NCBI GenBank assembly: GCA_910577755.1
Contig: CAJTNL010000010.1
Location: 8,703-72,702, forward strand
Source of the DNA: an uncultured Eubacteriales bacterium
Lineage (GTDB): Bacteria; Bacillota; Clostridia; Oscillospirales; Acutalibacteraceae
Reading direction: 5' to 3'
Length of the DNA: 64,000 bases
This document shows positions 8,469 to 17,846 of this stretch, piece by piece (position 1 is the stretch's first letter; each line of letters opens with the position of its first letter). The position numbers were made by a program, and so were the translations under genes. Below the pieces are notes generated by a model. The model searched no databases, was not told the DNA's origin, and saw only the letters and a program-made list of their open reading frames with translations.

Positions 8469-9668
8469 TTAATTGCTCATTTGTTTTGCAATTTTGCCCA
8501 ACGTGGCAATACCTTTTACAATTTGCTCATCGGTTGGTGTAGAAAAATTGATACGAAAAGATTGGCAAGAGGCATTTTCGTCTACTAAAAAGGCGTTGCC
8601 GGGTACAACGCATACTTTTTGGTTTGCGCTTTTTTTACAAAACTCAAGCATATTGATATTAGCCGGCAGCGTACACCATACAAACAGACCGCCGTTTGCT
8701 TTGTGGTAGGAGATACCGTGCGGTACTAAATGCTCTTCAATCAGGCTAATGGTAAGTTCCAGTTTTTTGCGGTAAATGGAACGTAAGTGTTGGAGGTGGT
8801 TTTCATAGTGGTACTCTGTAATTAAGATATGGCAGATCATTTGTGCCAAAATATTACTGTGTACATCGTCAGCTTGTTTACACACAACCATTTTTTGAGA
8901 AATTGGCTTAGGTGCAATAGAAAATCCTATACGCATTCCGGGAGAAATGACTTTTGAAAATGAGCCGGCATAAATTACAATGCCGTCTTTATCAAAGGAT
9001 TTAATAGAAGGAATTGTATCACCGTTTATACGTAAATCGCCGTAGGGATTATCCTCTAAAATGATTACATGATATTGTTTTGCCAATTGGTACAACTGTT
9101 TGCGTTTTTCAAGGCTCATAGTAATGCCCGATGGATTTTGGAAATTTGGTATCGTGTATATCATCCGCACTTTTGTATTTTGTTTTAAAGTTTTCTCTAA
9201 TTCTAAAAGATTCATACCATCGTGTTCCATAGAAATACCGTGCAGTTTTGTTTTTATCGAGCGGAAAGTATTTAAAGAACCAATAAAACTGGGAGATTCA
9301 CAGATAATCACATCGTCTTCATTGCATAGTACCTTACTGGCTAAATTCATAACCTGCTGTGCTCCTGAGGTGATAATAGTGTCGTCAAAATCTTTGCCAA
9401 TTTGATGATGCGTTTGCATGTGATTTGTAATCGTGTTCCGCAAAGGCGTATACCCTTCTGTAATGCTGTATTGTAAAGCTTGAATGGGTTGCTCACGCAA
9501 AATTTTTTGAGAAATTTCTAAGATTTCCTTTGCTGGAAATGCTTCAGGCGCTGGATTGCCTGCCGAAAAGGGGATTACGCCCGGCTCGGAAGAGTTTTTT
9601 AATATTTCTCTTATAATTGAAGGTTTAAGTTCTGAAACGCGGTCTGCAAATTGATAGTTCATCATCAA
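8469..9668 (-). CDS. PLP-dependent aminotransferase (class I/II fold)
   Basis: 399 aa. SFSK lysine motif and NPxG-type motifs (NFQNPSG). Lies immediately upstream of trpS in the same orientation. Confidence 0.85.
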   Translation of the reverse strand: MMMNYQFADRVSELKPSIIREILKNSSEPGVIPFSAGNPAPEAFPAKEILEISQKILREQPIQALQYSITEGYTPLRNTITNHMQTHHQIGKDFDDTIITSGAQQVMNLASKVLCNEDDVIICESPSFIGSLNTFRSIKTKLHGISMEHDGMNLLELEKTLKQNTKVRMIYTIPNFQNPSGITMSLEKRKQLYQLAKQYHVIILEDNPYGDLRINGDTIPSIKSFDKDGIVIYAGSFSKVISPGMRIGFSIAPKPISQKMVVCKQADDVHSNILAQMICHILITEYHYENHLQHLRSIYRKKLELTISLIEEHLVPHGISYHKANGGLFVWCTLPANINMLEFCKKSANQKVCVVPGNAFLVDENASCQSFRINFSTPTDEQIVKGIATLGKIAKQMSN

Positions 9669-9954
9669 ATATACGCACCTTTCGGAATAAAATATCTAAA
9701 AATTTTAGAATGTTGCAAGGTTTATCTATAATTTATAATTTTATCACAAATTTATCTAACAATCAATCAAAGAGAGGGAGAAAAGACAGGGAAATCATTT
9801 ATTTTTTTACTCTTTCCAACAGAGATTTTTCATTTCTCGTCAAGAAAAAACAGCGTATTGTGACAGAGAATACACGGACCTCCTTGTATAATCATAGCAG
9901 TATCAGAATCAGAATGATAAATTTAATGGAAGTCAAATGACGGAGGTTGTATCG

Positions 9955-12306
9955 ATGAAAGAAAAAACCATGGAGAATGGGCAAAACAAGAGACTATCTC
10001 TTAAAAGAATGCTAACTTCTCCGCGAATAAAGCGCATTGCGCTTTATGGACTGTACTTTTTAACAGGTCTATTAAGTGCTCGCGGTATTGTGTTTGTGCG
10101 GTATGCGCCTTTTGGCGCAGCGGCGGTAGCGGCCGTACCTGTTAGAAGTATGTGGGTAGTAATTGCAGGCAGTATAATAGGGTATATTTGGCCGTCGGCT
10201 GCTATGCACCCAATTCGGTACATAGCAGCTATGGTTGCCATAGTCCTGATTCGTTATATTTTAAACGACCTAATAAAAATACGTTCTCATCCTTTGTTTA
10301 CTCCTTTGGTATGTTTTGTTCCTATGCTTGTAACAGGTATTGCCATGGCGGTTATCAATGGTGTCACGATTAACAGTATTACCATGTATAGCGCAGAGGC
10401 GGTACTTTCCGGAGGTGGTGCGTACTTTTTCCAGCGTACATCTTCTCTGCTTACCAGTAAACGCGGCGTAGGTACCCTAAACACAGGCGAACTTGCTTGT
10501 GTGGTGCTGTCCTTAGGGGTTGTAATTCTTTCGTTGAATCAGGTTGGTATTTACGATATTTCTTTGGGAAGAATTGCGGCGGTTATCGTCATTTTGTTTG
10601 CAGCGCAACACGGTGGTGTTATGGGTGGCTCTATTGCTGGTATTGCAACAGGCGTTATGTTGGGGCTTACTACATCAGGGTTAAACTACATTTCAGGGGC
10701 TTATGCGTTTGCGGGTTTAATGGCAGGTTTGTTTACTCCACTTGGTAAGGTTGCAATGATTTTGGTATTTATTTTAAGTAATGCTATAGGTTCGTTGCAA
10801 ATTGGTAATCAGATGTATATGATAAACGGTCTGTATGAAGTATTAGCGGCTACCTTAATCTATGTAATATGGCCTACAAAAATAGGAGGAAAATTGGTTG
10901 CAGTATTCCGGCAGCCGGTAAATTTACTGCATACTGATGGATTGCGGCGTACCATGATTATGCGTTTGGGATTTGCGGCCAAAGCACTCGATGATGTATC
11001 ACATTCAGTAGAGGAGGTTTCCAAACGGTTGGCATCGGTTTGTGAAGAAGGCTCGGATAACGTATATGCTCATGCGGTGGAAGCATGCTGTGAAAACTGT
11101 GGTATGCGTATTTATTGCTGGGACAAAAATCAAGTAGAAACACAGAAAGCGTTTCATGAAGCTGCAAGTAATCTACCCAAGAAAAGTAGTATCGGCATAG
11201 AGGATTTTCCAGGTTTTTTTGTAAATCGATGTAGTAGAGTACCAGAGTTGGCACAGCATATGAACCGTAAGTTTAGAGAATTAAAAATGAGAGAAGCAGC
11301 TGAACAGCGTGTTGCACAAGTGCGTTCTATGGTACTCCATCAATTTGAAACCACAGGTGAAATGATGAGAAACCTTGCACAAGAGCTAGAGCTGTATGAA
11401 CGCTTTGATTATGATGCAACCCGCCGAATTAGTCAAGTACTGCACGAAGCAGCTGTTGTACCAATTGATATCAGCTGTCGTATAGATCGTTATCAACGTA
11501 TGTCGGTGGAGATTGAAGTACCAAAGCTAGATCAAAAGAAAATAGGTAAAACAAAATTGGTGAAAGAAATTTCAAAGGTATGTGGTAGAAATTTTGAAGC
11601 ACCCATGATAACGATGGTAGGGGATCGGTACAGGATACAAATGACGGAGAAACCTGTGTACCGTGTGCAATTTGGAGTTGCTCAGCATGTTTGCGGCAAT
11701 GCACAGCTTTGCGGAGATAGCTATGATTGTTTTACGGATGGAAAGGGGCGCTTTATTTCAATTATCAGCGATGGTATGGGAACAGGCGGACGTGCCGCGG
11801 TAGACGGAGCGATGGCATCAAGTATTATGGCGAATTTGATTAAGGCTGGTCTTGGATTTGACTGCGCACTCAAAATTGTAAATTCTGCCATGCAGGTAAA
11901 ATCAGGAGAAGAATCTTTAGCCACATTAGACGTTGCAGTGTTGGATATGTTTGACGGTTGTTTGACTGTTATGAAAGCAGGTGCGCCACTGAGTTTTATC
12001 AAAAGAGGGAGAAAAGTCGAACGTCTTGACGGTGTGTCTGTTCCCATAGGCATTTTGGATGAAGCAAAATTTACTTATACTAAAAGTGCCTTGGAAGAAA
12101 ATGATTGGCTGATTATGTTGTCTGATGGCGTAATTTCAGCTGGAGATACATGGATTATGGAATGTATAGAAAGTTGGAATGAAAATTCTCCACAGAGCTT
12201 GGCGGAAGCCATTGTAGAAAAAGCACAGGCTCATCGTACGGATCATCATGATGACGATACTACGGTAGTGGCAGTGCAGTTACGGTTACCTAGCATAGAT
12301 ATATAA
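9955..12306 (+). CDS. spoIIE: Stage II sporulation protein E (PP2C phosphatase with N-terminal multi-pass membrane domain)
   Basis: About 10 hydrophobic segments followed by a C-terminal PP2C-like domain (GDSYD...ISDGMGTG...LSDGV...DDDTTVV). ATG 9955 follows GGAGG; the ORF track starts at 9937. Confidence 0.85.
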   Translation: MKEKTMENGQNKRLSLKRMLTSPRIKRIALYGLYFLTGLLSARGIVFVRYAPFGAAAVAAVPVRSMWVVIAGSIIGYIWPSAAMHPIRYIAAMVAIVLIRYILNDLIKIRSHPLFTPLVCFVPMLVTGIAMAVINGVTINSITMYSAEAVLSGGGAYFFQRTSSLLTSKRGVGTLNTGELACVVLSLGVVILSLNQVGIYDISLGRIAAVIVILFAAQHGGVMGGSIAGIATGVMLGLTTSGLNYISGAYAFAGLMAGLFTPLGKVAMILVFILSNAIGSLQIGNQMYMINGLYEVLAATLIYVIWPTKIGGKLVAVFRQPVNLLHTDGLRRTMIMRLGFAAKALDDVSHSVEEVSKRLASVCEEGSDNVYAHAVEACCENCGMRIYCWDKNQVETQKAFHEAASNLPKKSSIGIEDFPGFFVNRCSRVPELAQHMNRKFRELKMREAAEQRVAQVRSMVLHQFETTGEMMRNLAQELELYERFDYDATRRISQVLHEAAVVPIDISCRIDRYQRMSVEIEVPKLDQKKIGKTKLVKEISKVCGRNFEAPMITMVGDRYRIQMTEKPVYRVQFGVAQHVCGNAQLCGDSYDCFTDGKGRFISIISDGMGTGGRAAVDGAMASSIMANLIKAGLGFDCALKIVNSAMQVKSGEESLATLDVAVLDMFDGCLTVMKAGAPLSFIKRGRKVERLDGVSVPIGILDEAKFTYTKSALEENDWLIMLSDGVISAGDTWIMECIESWNENSPQSLAEAIVEKAQAHRTDHHDDDTTVVAVQLRLPSIDI

Positions 12307-12380
12307 CAACAGAATAACAGAGATAAATTGTACAAATTTAGTTTATAGGTTTGTGATAGTGTCCTTTTGTAAAAATATGG

Positions 12381-12420
12381 AAAGAGCAGAGAAATTATTT
12401 CTCTGCTCTTTTGTGTTTTT
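12381..12420 (+). terminator. Rho-independent terminator after spoIIE
   Basis: aaagagcagagaaa pairs with tttctctgctcttt and is followed by tgtgttttt. Confidence 0.6.
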
Positions 12421-12520
12421 AGCAAAACCGAGATATTCATAAACGCCATTATAGTACAATTTATGACTATGCATGTAGCTCAAAGATTGGTTTTTGCGAA
12501 AATATACAAATTTTCAGCCA

Positions 12521-13138
12521 TTAGTTTTCGTTTGTCCAATTTTCACTGTATGTTCTAACGAGGAATTCAGCTCCCACAGATTTACATAATTTACAGCAAG
12601 CTTCTAATTCTTCGGAGGACATGGTATCTACCACGGTCATAATCACTTTCGGTACATAATTTTTCACATGAACGGCAAAATTTAAAAGGGAAGGCAATGC
12701 TTGCAGACCAAATTGCGAATGACAGATTGAGTCATATTTCTCAGGTGTGGAGGCGTTGAGGCTAATAGAAATGATGTCTACAACGCCGGCAAAATCGGGC
12801 GCAGTGTCTCTGCCAAATATTAAGTCGGACAATCCGTTTGTATTGATACGCATTGGAATTTTACTTATATTACGTACTTTTTCAGAAATCCATTTAATAT
12901 CTTCCAGTCGGTAGGTAGGTTCGCCATAACCGCAGAATACCAGTTGCTCATAACAGGATAAATTCCGTTTTTTTAGTTCTTCTACAATCTCCTCTTTTGC
13001 TGGTTCACGTTCCAGCCATAGACTACTGGAATCACCTACTCGATCACCGGTAGAGCGCAGACAAAATTCACAGGCATTGGGACAACGATTGGTTATATTG
13101 ATATATAAGTTTTTACCGTACACGTACGTTATTGTCAT
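12521..13138 (-). CDS. Radical SAM protein, TatD-associated family
   Basis: 205 aa with CPNACEFC (CxxxCxxC). Overlaps the 3' end of the tatD-family gene by 26 nt. Confidence 0.8.
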   Translation of the reverse strand: MTITYVYGKNLYINITNRCPNACEFCLRSTGDRVGDSSSLWLEREPAKEEIVEELKKRNLSCYEQLVFCGYGEPTYRLEDIKWISEKVRNISKIPMRINTNGLSDLIFGRDTAPDFAGVVDIISISLNASTPEKYDSICHSQFGLQALPSLLNFAVHVKNYVPKVIMTVVDTMSSEELEACCKLCKSVGAEFLVRTYSENWTNEN

Positions 13139-13934
13139 ATGAATCCTCCAATGGTACTTTAAATAATTTGGTGGCGTTGTTGCGGGTAATATCTAACAGT
13201 TCCTGCGTATTAATATGATTGCCTTGTTCGCTGCGTGCGTTGGCAATGTGTTCTGCGGTGTGTATAATCATAGCAGAGTTACAGCGTTTACCACGGAAGG
13301 GGACAGGAGTCATATAGGGTGCGTCGGTTTCTAATACCATGTATTCTACTGGAATAGCAGTGGCCACTGCTATGGGTGTTCTGGCGTTTTTAAAGGTAAC
13401 TGCACCACCTAGACCGATGTACATACCTAGCTTAATGATTTCATTTGCCATTTCAACACTACCTGAAAAACAATGTACAACCCCTGTGGGTTTATGCTTT
13501 TTTAGCAAGTCTAATGTATCACCGTGAGCTTCGCGATCGTGAATAATTACAGGCAGCTTATATTGTTTGGCAAGCTGCAATTGTGCTTCAAAAAAAGTCA
13601 TTTGTACTTCTCGAGGCGCGTTGTCTTCATAATGATAGTCAAGTCCAATTTCTCCAACAGCTACAACTTTTGGCTGTTTTACTAACAATTCCAGTTGTTG
13701 AATATAGTCACAGGGGGCATCTTTTACGTCGCATGGATGAATACCGACTGATGCGTAAATAAACGGATACTGCGCTGCTAGTGCAATGGATTCTTTAGAA
13801 CGCACAATATTTGCGCCTACGTTGATTAGTCTGCATACGCCCTGTTTGTGCATTTGTTTAATAATCTCATGACGATCCTGTGTAAATGCTTCATCGTCAT
13901 AATGTGCATGAGAGTCAAATATATGATTTAGCAT
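13113..13934 (-). CDS. tatD: TatD family metal-dependent hydrolase/DNase
   Basis: 273 aa with FDSHAHY, GEIGLDY, IHDREAH and ETDAPY motifs. Lies downstream of metG, as in Bacillus metS-yabD. Confidence 0.9.
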   Translation of the reverse strand: MLNHIFDSHAHYDDEAFTQDRHEIIKQMHKQGVCRLINVGANIVRSKESIALAAQYPFIYASVGIHPCDVKDAPCDYIQQLELLVKQPKVVAVGEIGLDYHYEDNAPREVQMTFFEAQLQLAKQYKLPVIIHDREAHGDTLDLLKKHKPTGVVHCFSGSVEMANEIIKLGMYIGLGGAVTFKNARTPIAVATAIPVEYMVLETDAPYMTPVPFRGKRCNSAMIIHTAEHIANARSEQGNHINTQELLDITRNNATKLFKVPLEDSYDNNVRVR

Positions 13935-14001
13935 GAAAGTTCCTCCGAATAAAAACAGACTGACAGAAAAATTTCTTTTCCCGTAGCCTGTATCAAATCA
14001 A

Positions 14002-15969
14002 TCAGTGTATACTGCTGCCTGCAGGTATACCGTCAATAAATATGACTTTTACGGTATTTTCGTCGCAGTCGGCTGCCAAAATCATACCTTGACTTTCGAC
14101 ACCGCAAAGCTTTGCCGGTTTTAAGTTAGCGACTAATATGATATGGCGGCCAATTAAATCCTGCGGTTTATACCATTGAGAAATACCGGAAACAACGGTA
14201 CGTTGTCCAAGACCATCGTTGATGGTTAATTGTAACAGCTTTTTTGACTTTTTAATGGGTTCACAGGCGAGTATTTCACCAACACGTAACTCTATTTTTG
14301 CAAAATCCTCAAAAGTGATTTCGTCGTATTTGGCTATGCCGGGAATCATTTTATTTTTTGGTTTCTCTTGTTTTTGAGCAACGGGGTTCGGAATCAATTT
14401 GTTCAGTTCTTCAATTTCAGCATCAACATCAATACGAGGGAATAGTGTTTCGCCCTTTATAATAGTAGTGTTTTCAGGAAGAATACCCCATTTGTCGGCT
14501 GATTCATAAGAAACGGCATAGCCAAATGCGCCAATCTGCTCTTGAATTTTAGGAGAGGTAGACGGCATGAACGGTGTAAGTAAAATAGAGATAATGCGTA
14601 ATATCTCGCATAAATTATAAATAACAGCGGCGAGTCTTGCTTGTTTTGTTTCGTCTTTACCAAGCGTCCATGGCATAGTTTCGTCAATGTATTTGTTTGT
14701 ACGTGCAATTAACTTCCAAATTTCTGCCAATGCATTGGAAAATTGATAGCCGGCAATATGATTGTCACATTTAGCCCGCAGTTTTGCTGCGGATTGTATC
14801 AATTCTTCATCTATTAAATCGGACTCGCGTTCTATGGGTATTACTCCCCCAAAATACTTTTGCGCCATAGCTGTTGTACGAGAGAGCAGATTCCCCAGGT
14901 CATTTGCAAGATCAGAGTTAATTCGATTGATCAACGCTTCGTTTGTAAATGTGCCGTCTGCGCCAAAGGGAATTTCACGCAGCAGAAAATAGCGAATTGC
15001 ATCTACGCCATAACGCTCACAAAGAATCATAGGATCAACCACGTTGCCTTTTGATTTAGACATTTTTGTTCCATCACCGAATAGCAGCCAACCGTGACCG
15101 TACACTTGTTTTGGCAAAGGTAAATCAAGCGCCATAAGCATGGCCGGCCATATGATGGTGTGAAAGCGTACAATTTCTTTACCCACAAAATGAACGTCTG
15201 CCGGCCAGTATTTTTGATAGTTGGAATCATTAGGAGAATCATAGCCTAAAGCGGTAATATAATTGGTTAACGCATCCAGCCAAACGTAGACAACATGTTT
15301 TGGGTCAAAATCCACAGGAATTCCCCATGAAAAACTGGTACGGGAGACACAAAGGTCATCGAGACCATTTTTAATAAAGTTAATCATTTCATTTTTACGG
15401 CTTTCAGGCTGAATAAATTCAGGATGAGCTTCATATAGCTTTAATAGTTTATCACCATAGTTTGAAAGTCGAAAAAAGTAGGCTTCTTCTTCCTCCCATT
15501 TTACTTCACGGGCACAGTCAGGACATTTGCCGTTCTTAAGTTGTGTTTCGGTCCAAAAGGATTCACAAGGGGTGCAGTACCAGCCTTTATAAGCGCCTTT
15601 GTAAATTTCACCTTTGTTATAAAGTGCTTTAAAAATTTTTTGTACGCATTTTACGTGTATCTCATCGGTGGTTCGAATAAATTTATCATTTGAAATATTT
15701 AGTAGCTTCCATAGCTTTTGAAAGTTATGCACAATCTTATCTACATACTCTTGTGGAGTAACGCCTTCTTTTGCCGCATTGAGCTCAATTTTTTGTCCGT
15801 GTTCGTCTGTACCGGTTAAAAACATTACCTCAAAACCTTGCATTCTCTTATAACGGGCAATGGCGTCGCTGCCAACGGTGCAATAGCTGTGACCGATGTG
15901 TGCGTTACCGGATGGATAATAAATTGGTGTTGTAATATAAAATGTTTTTTTGTTTTCCATAATTCTCAC
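14002..15969 (-). CDS. metG: Methionine--tRNA ligase (with C-terminal tRNA-binding domain)
   Basis: 655 aa with PSGNAHIGH (HIGH), KMSKSKGN (KMSKS) and a CPDC zinc knuckle. Confidence 0.95.
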   Translation of the reverse strand: MRIMENKKTFYITTPIYYPSGNAHIGHSYCTVGSDAIARYKRMQGFEVMFLTGTDEHGQKIELNAAKEGVTPQEYVDKIVHNFQKLWKLLNISNDKFIRTTDEIHVKCVQKIFKALYNKGEIYKGAYKGWYCTPCESFWTETQLKNGKCPDCAREVKWEEEEAYFFRLSNYGDKLLKLYEAHPEFIQPESRKNEMINFIKNGLDDLCVSRTSFSWGIPVDFDPKHVVYVWLDALTNYITALGYDSPNDSNYQKYWPADVHFVGKEIVRFHTIIWPAMLMALDLPLPKQVYGHGWLLFGDGTKMSKSKGNVVDPMILCERYGVDAIRYFLLREIPFGADGTFTNEALINRINSDLANDLGNLLSRTTAMAQKYFGGVIPIERESDLIDEELIQSAAKLRAKCDNHIAGYQFSNALAEIWKLIARTNKYIDETMPWTLGKDETKQARLAAVIYNLCEILRIISILLTPFMPSTSPKIQEQIGAFGYAVSYESADKWGILPENTTIIKGETLFPRIDVDAEIEELNKLIPNPVAQKQEKPKNKMIPGIAKYDEITFEDFAKIELRVGEILACEPIKKSKKLLQLTINDGLGQRTVVSGISQWYKPQDLIGRHIILVANLKPAKLCGVESQGMILAADCDENTVKVIFIDGIPAGSSIH

Positions 15970-16003
15970 ATCTATCTTCCATATAAATTTTTAGCAAGTA
16001 TAT

Positions 16004-17266
16004 TTAATTGGCAGTATTGTTTGTACCATATATAAATTCTCGCAGTTTTGCTGATGTTGCGGGTAAATCCGGGATAAGGTTATAGTCGATTTCGGTATAT
16101 AGACCCTCTATAGGAATATGAAATGTATGAACCTGGTATCCAAGAATCTTAGAGGCTTGTGTGGAAAGTGATAAAATATTTCCACTAGATAAATCAGTGG
16201 TGATGTATTGTCCATAGCCGTAAAATACAGAGGCCATGTGTATTGGATTCAGTGTTTTGAATTTATCAAAAATTGCAATCATAACCTGTCTTTGACGACC
16301 TGTTCTACCAAAATCACTGTCCAGTTTACGTATACGAGCAAAAGTTAAAGCCGCTTTACCATTCATATGGTTCATGCCTTCCCGCAGGTTGATATTTTCA
16401 CCGTACTCACCCCGATACCAGAGACTCATATAATTTGCCTCAGCTTGTGTCATTTCAATTTCAATACCACCCATTGCATCAATTAAGTTCGTAAAATTCT
16501 CAAAATCAATTTCTATATAATGATCTATGTTTACACGAAAATTATTTTCAATGGTTTGCATGGTTAATCCTGCTCCGCCTTGACCATAAGCAGCATTTAG
16601 CTTTGTTTTTCCAATAGTCGGCACTTCTACAAACAAATCACGAAGGAAAGAGGTCATACGCAGATTTTTGGACTTATGGTCTATAGATAAAAGCATCATT
16701 GTGTCTGATCTACGCACGGTACCGTCTTCGCTGCGGTCTACACCGAGTAACAGAATATTGGTAATATCTTGATCCGATATTACATCCCATGTTGGTGCGT
16801 CGGCAGGTTGCTGTACGTAGCTTGCAGTATCTACAGGCTGATAATTGATACGGGAAATCATAACGGCAATAAAAATTGCAATTGCAACGAGAATAGTGAA
16901 TATGAGACACACAATTGCCAATATAATTTTTTTACCTTTATGTTTCTTTTTTGAAGGAGGTACAATACTCCTGCCACGGTTTGCCTTAGATTTACGGGAG
17001 GAACTGTAAAGATCACGGTCGACATAGTTGTAACGGTCAATTTCCTCTATTTTTGGATGATAAGCTGTGGATCGTTTATTCTGAGGAGAGGTATTAGTTG
17101 TATGTTTTACAGCGGATTTTCGGTTAGGGGGTATACCGCTATTGGCATCTGTATGGTTGGAGTTAGAATGAGGGGGTCTGCGTAAATTGCGCTGTCGTTC
17201 TCTTGAAGTGGAAGAGTAAATATCTCTATCGTTATTAGGAGAACGTCTGTGATGATTGTCTGCCAT
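16004..17266 (-). CDS. LCP (LytR-CpsA-Psr) family protein with a basic N-terminal tail and one TM segment
   Basis: 420 aa. ILLLGVDRSEDG..RSDTMMLLSID is typical of the LCP domain. Confidence 0.85.
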   Translation of the reverse strand: MADNHHRRSPNNDRDIYSSTSRERQRNLRRPPHSNSNHTDANSGIPPNRKSAVKHTTNTSPQNKRSTAYHPKIEEIDRYNYVDRDLYSSSRKSKANRGRSIVPPSKKKHKGKKIILAIVCLIFTILVAIAIFIAVMISRINYQPVDTASYVQQPADAPTWDVISDQDITNILLLGVDRSEDGTVRRSDTMMLLSIDHKSKNLRMTSFLRDLFVEVPTIGKTKLNAAYGQGGAGLTMQTIENNFRVNIDHYIEIDFENFTNLIDAMGGIEIEMTQAEANYMSLWYRGEYGENINLREGMNHMNGKAALTFARIRKLDSDFGRTGRQRQVMIAIFDKFKTLNPIHMASVFYGYGQYITTDLSSGNILSLSTQASKILGYQVHTFHIPIEGLYTEIDYNLIPDLPATSAKLREFIYGTNNTAN

Positions 17267-17456
17267 AGTTTTCTCCTTTAGGATTGCTGTACATTACTAT
17301 TAAAATTTATCTATATGCATATCATAATATAATCTATTTTATTTTATTGTATTATAATACTTATGTCAACTATTCAGGCAGACGCAATCTTCATTTTATA
17401 GCAATTTTAATGGTTATTATTTTATATGACGAATTACGAAAAGAGGAAACAGCAAT

Positions 17457-17576
17457 ATGGCTCAGAAAAAGAGAAGCAGATGGGATAAACGGATATGGTT
17501 GATTCGATTCACAGCGCTGGGGTGTGCGTTACTGATGTTAGCTACCGTTATTATTGCCGCAATTTTTTCTTTTTAA
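17457..17576 (+). CDS. Possible small membrane peptide (39 aa)
   Basis: ATG follows AAGAGGAAAC. Translation is MAQKKRSRWDKRIWLIRFTALGCALLMLATVIIAAIFSF, a basic head plus one TM segment. No homology support. Confidence 0.25.
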   Translation: MAQKKRSRWDKRIWLIRFTALGCALLMLATVIIAAIFSF

Positions 17577-17808
17577 TAGATCATGATAAATTTTAAAATT
17601 GACTAGAGAATTTTTGATTAATCCCATTTTCAATAGGATGTTTATAAAAAGGATTCTAGCAGCATGCTTTAATTTGTAAATCTGATAAAGTAAAACGGAT
17701 TATTAAAAATGAGAGGGAAAGATTGAAAATTTGTAATAATCTGTTTTTGTTGCGTTGCTACTTTGATGGAAACAAATGATTGAAAAGTGACCTTTGTTTA
17801 GTTAAACT

Positions 17809-17840
17809 AAAAACGGAGACGTATATACGTCTCCGTTTTT
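17809..17840. terminator. Bidirectional hairpin downstream of metH
   Basis: Palindrome acggagacgtatatacgtctccgt flanked by A-run and T-run. Confidence 0.6.
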
Positions 17841-17846
17841 AAGCTT

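Noticed and set aside
9710-9940. 76-aa ORF upstream of spoIIE, and the AT-rich ORFs at 17284-17502, 21099-21305, 27298-27525 and 34069-34302.
   Set aside because: They lie in promoter or intergenic AT-rich DNA, with low-complexity Ile/Phe/Tyr/Asn-rich translations and no RBS. They are treated as non-coding.
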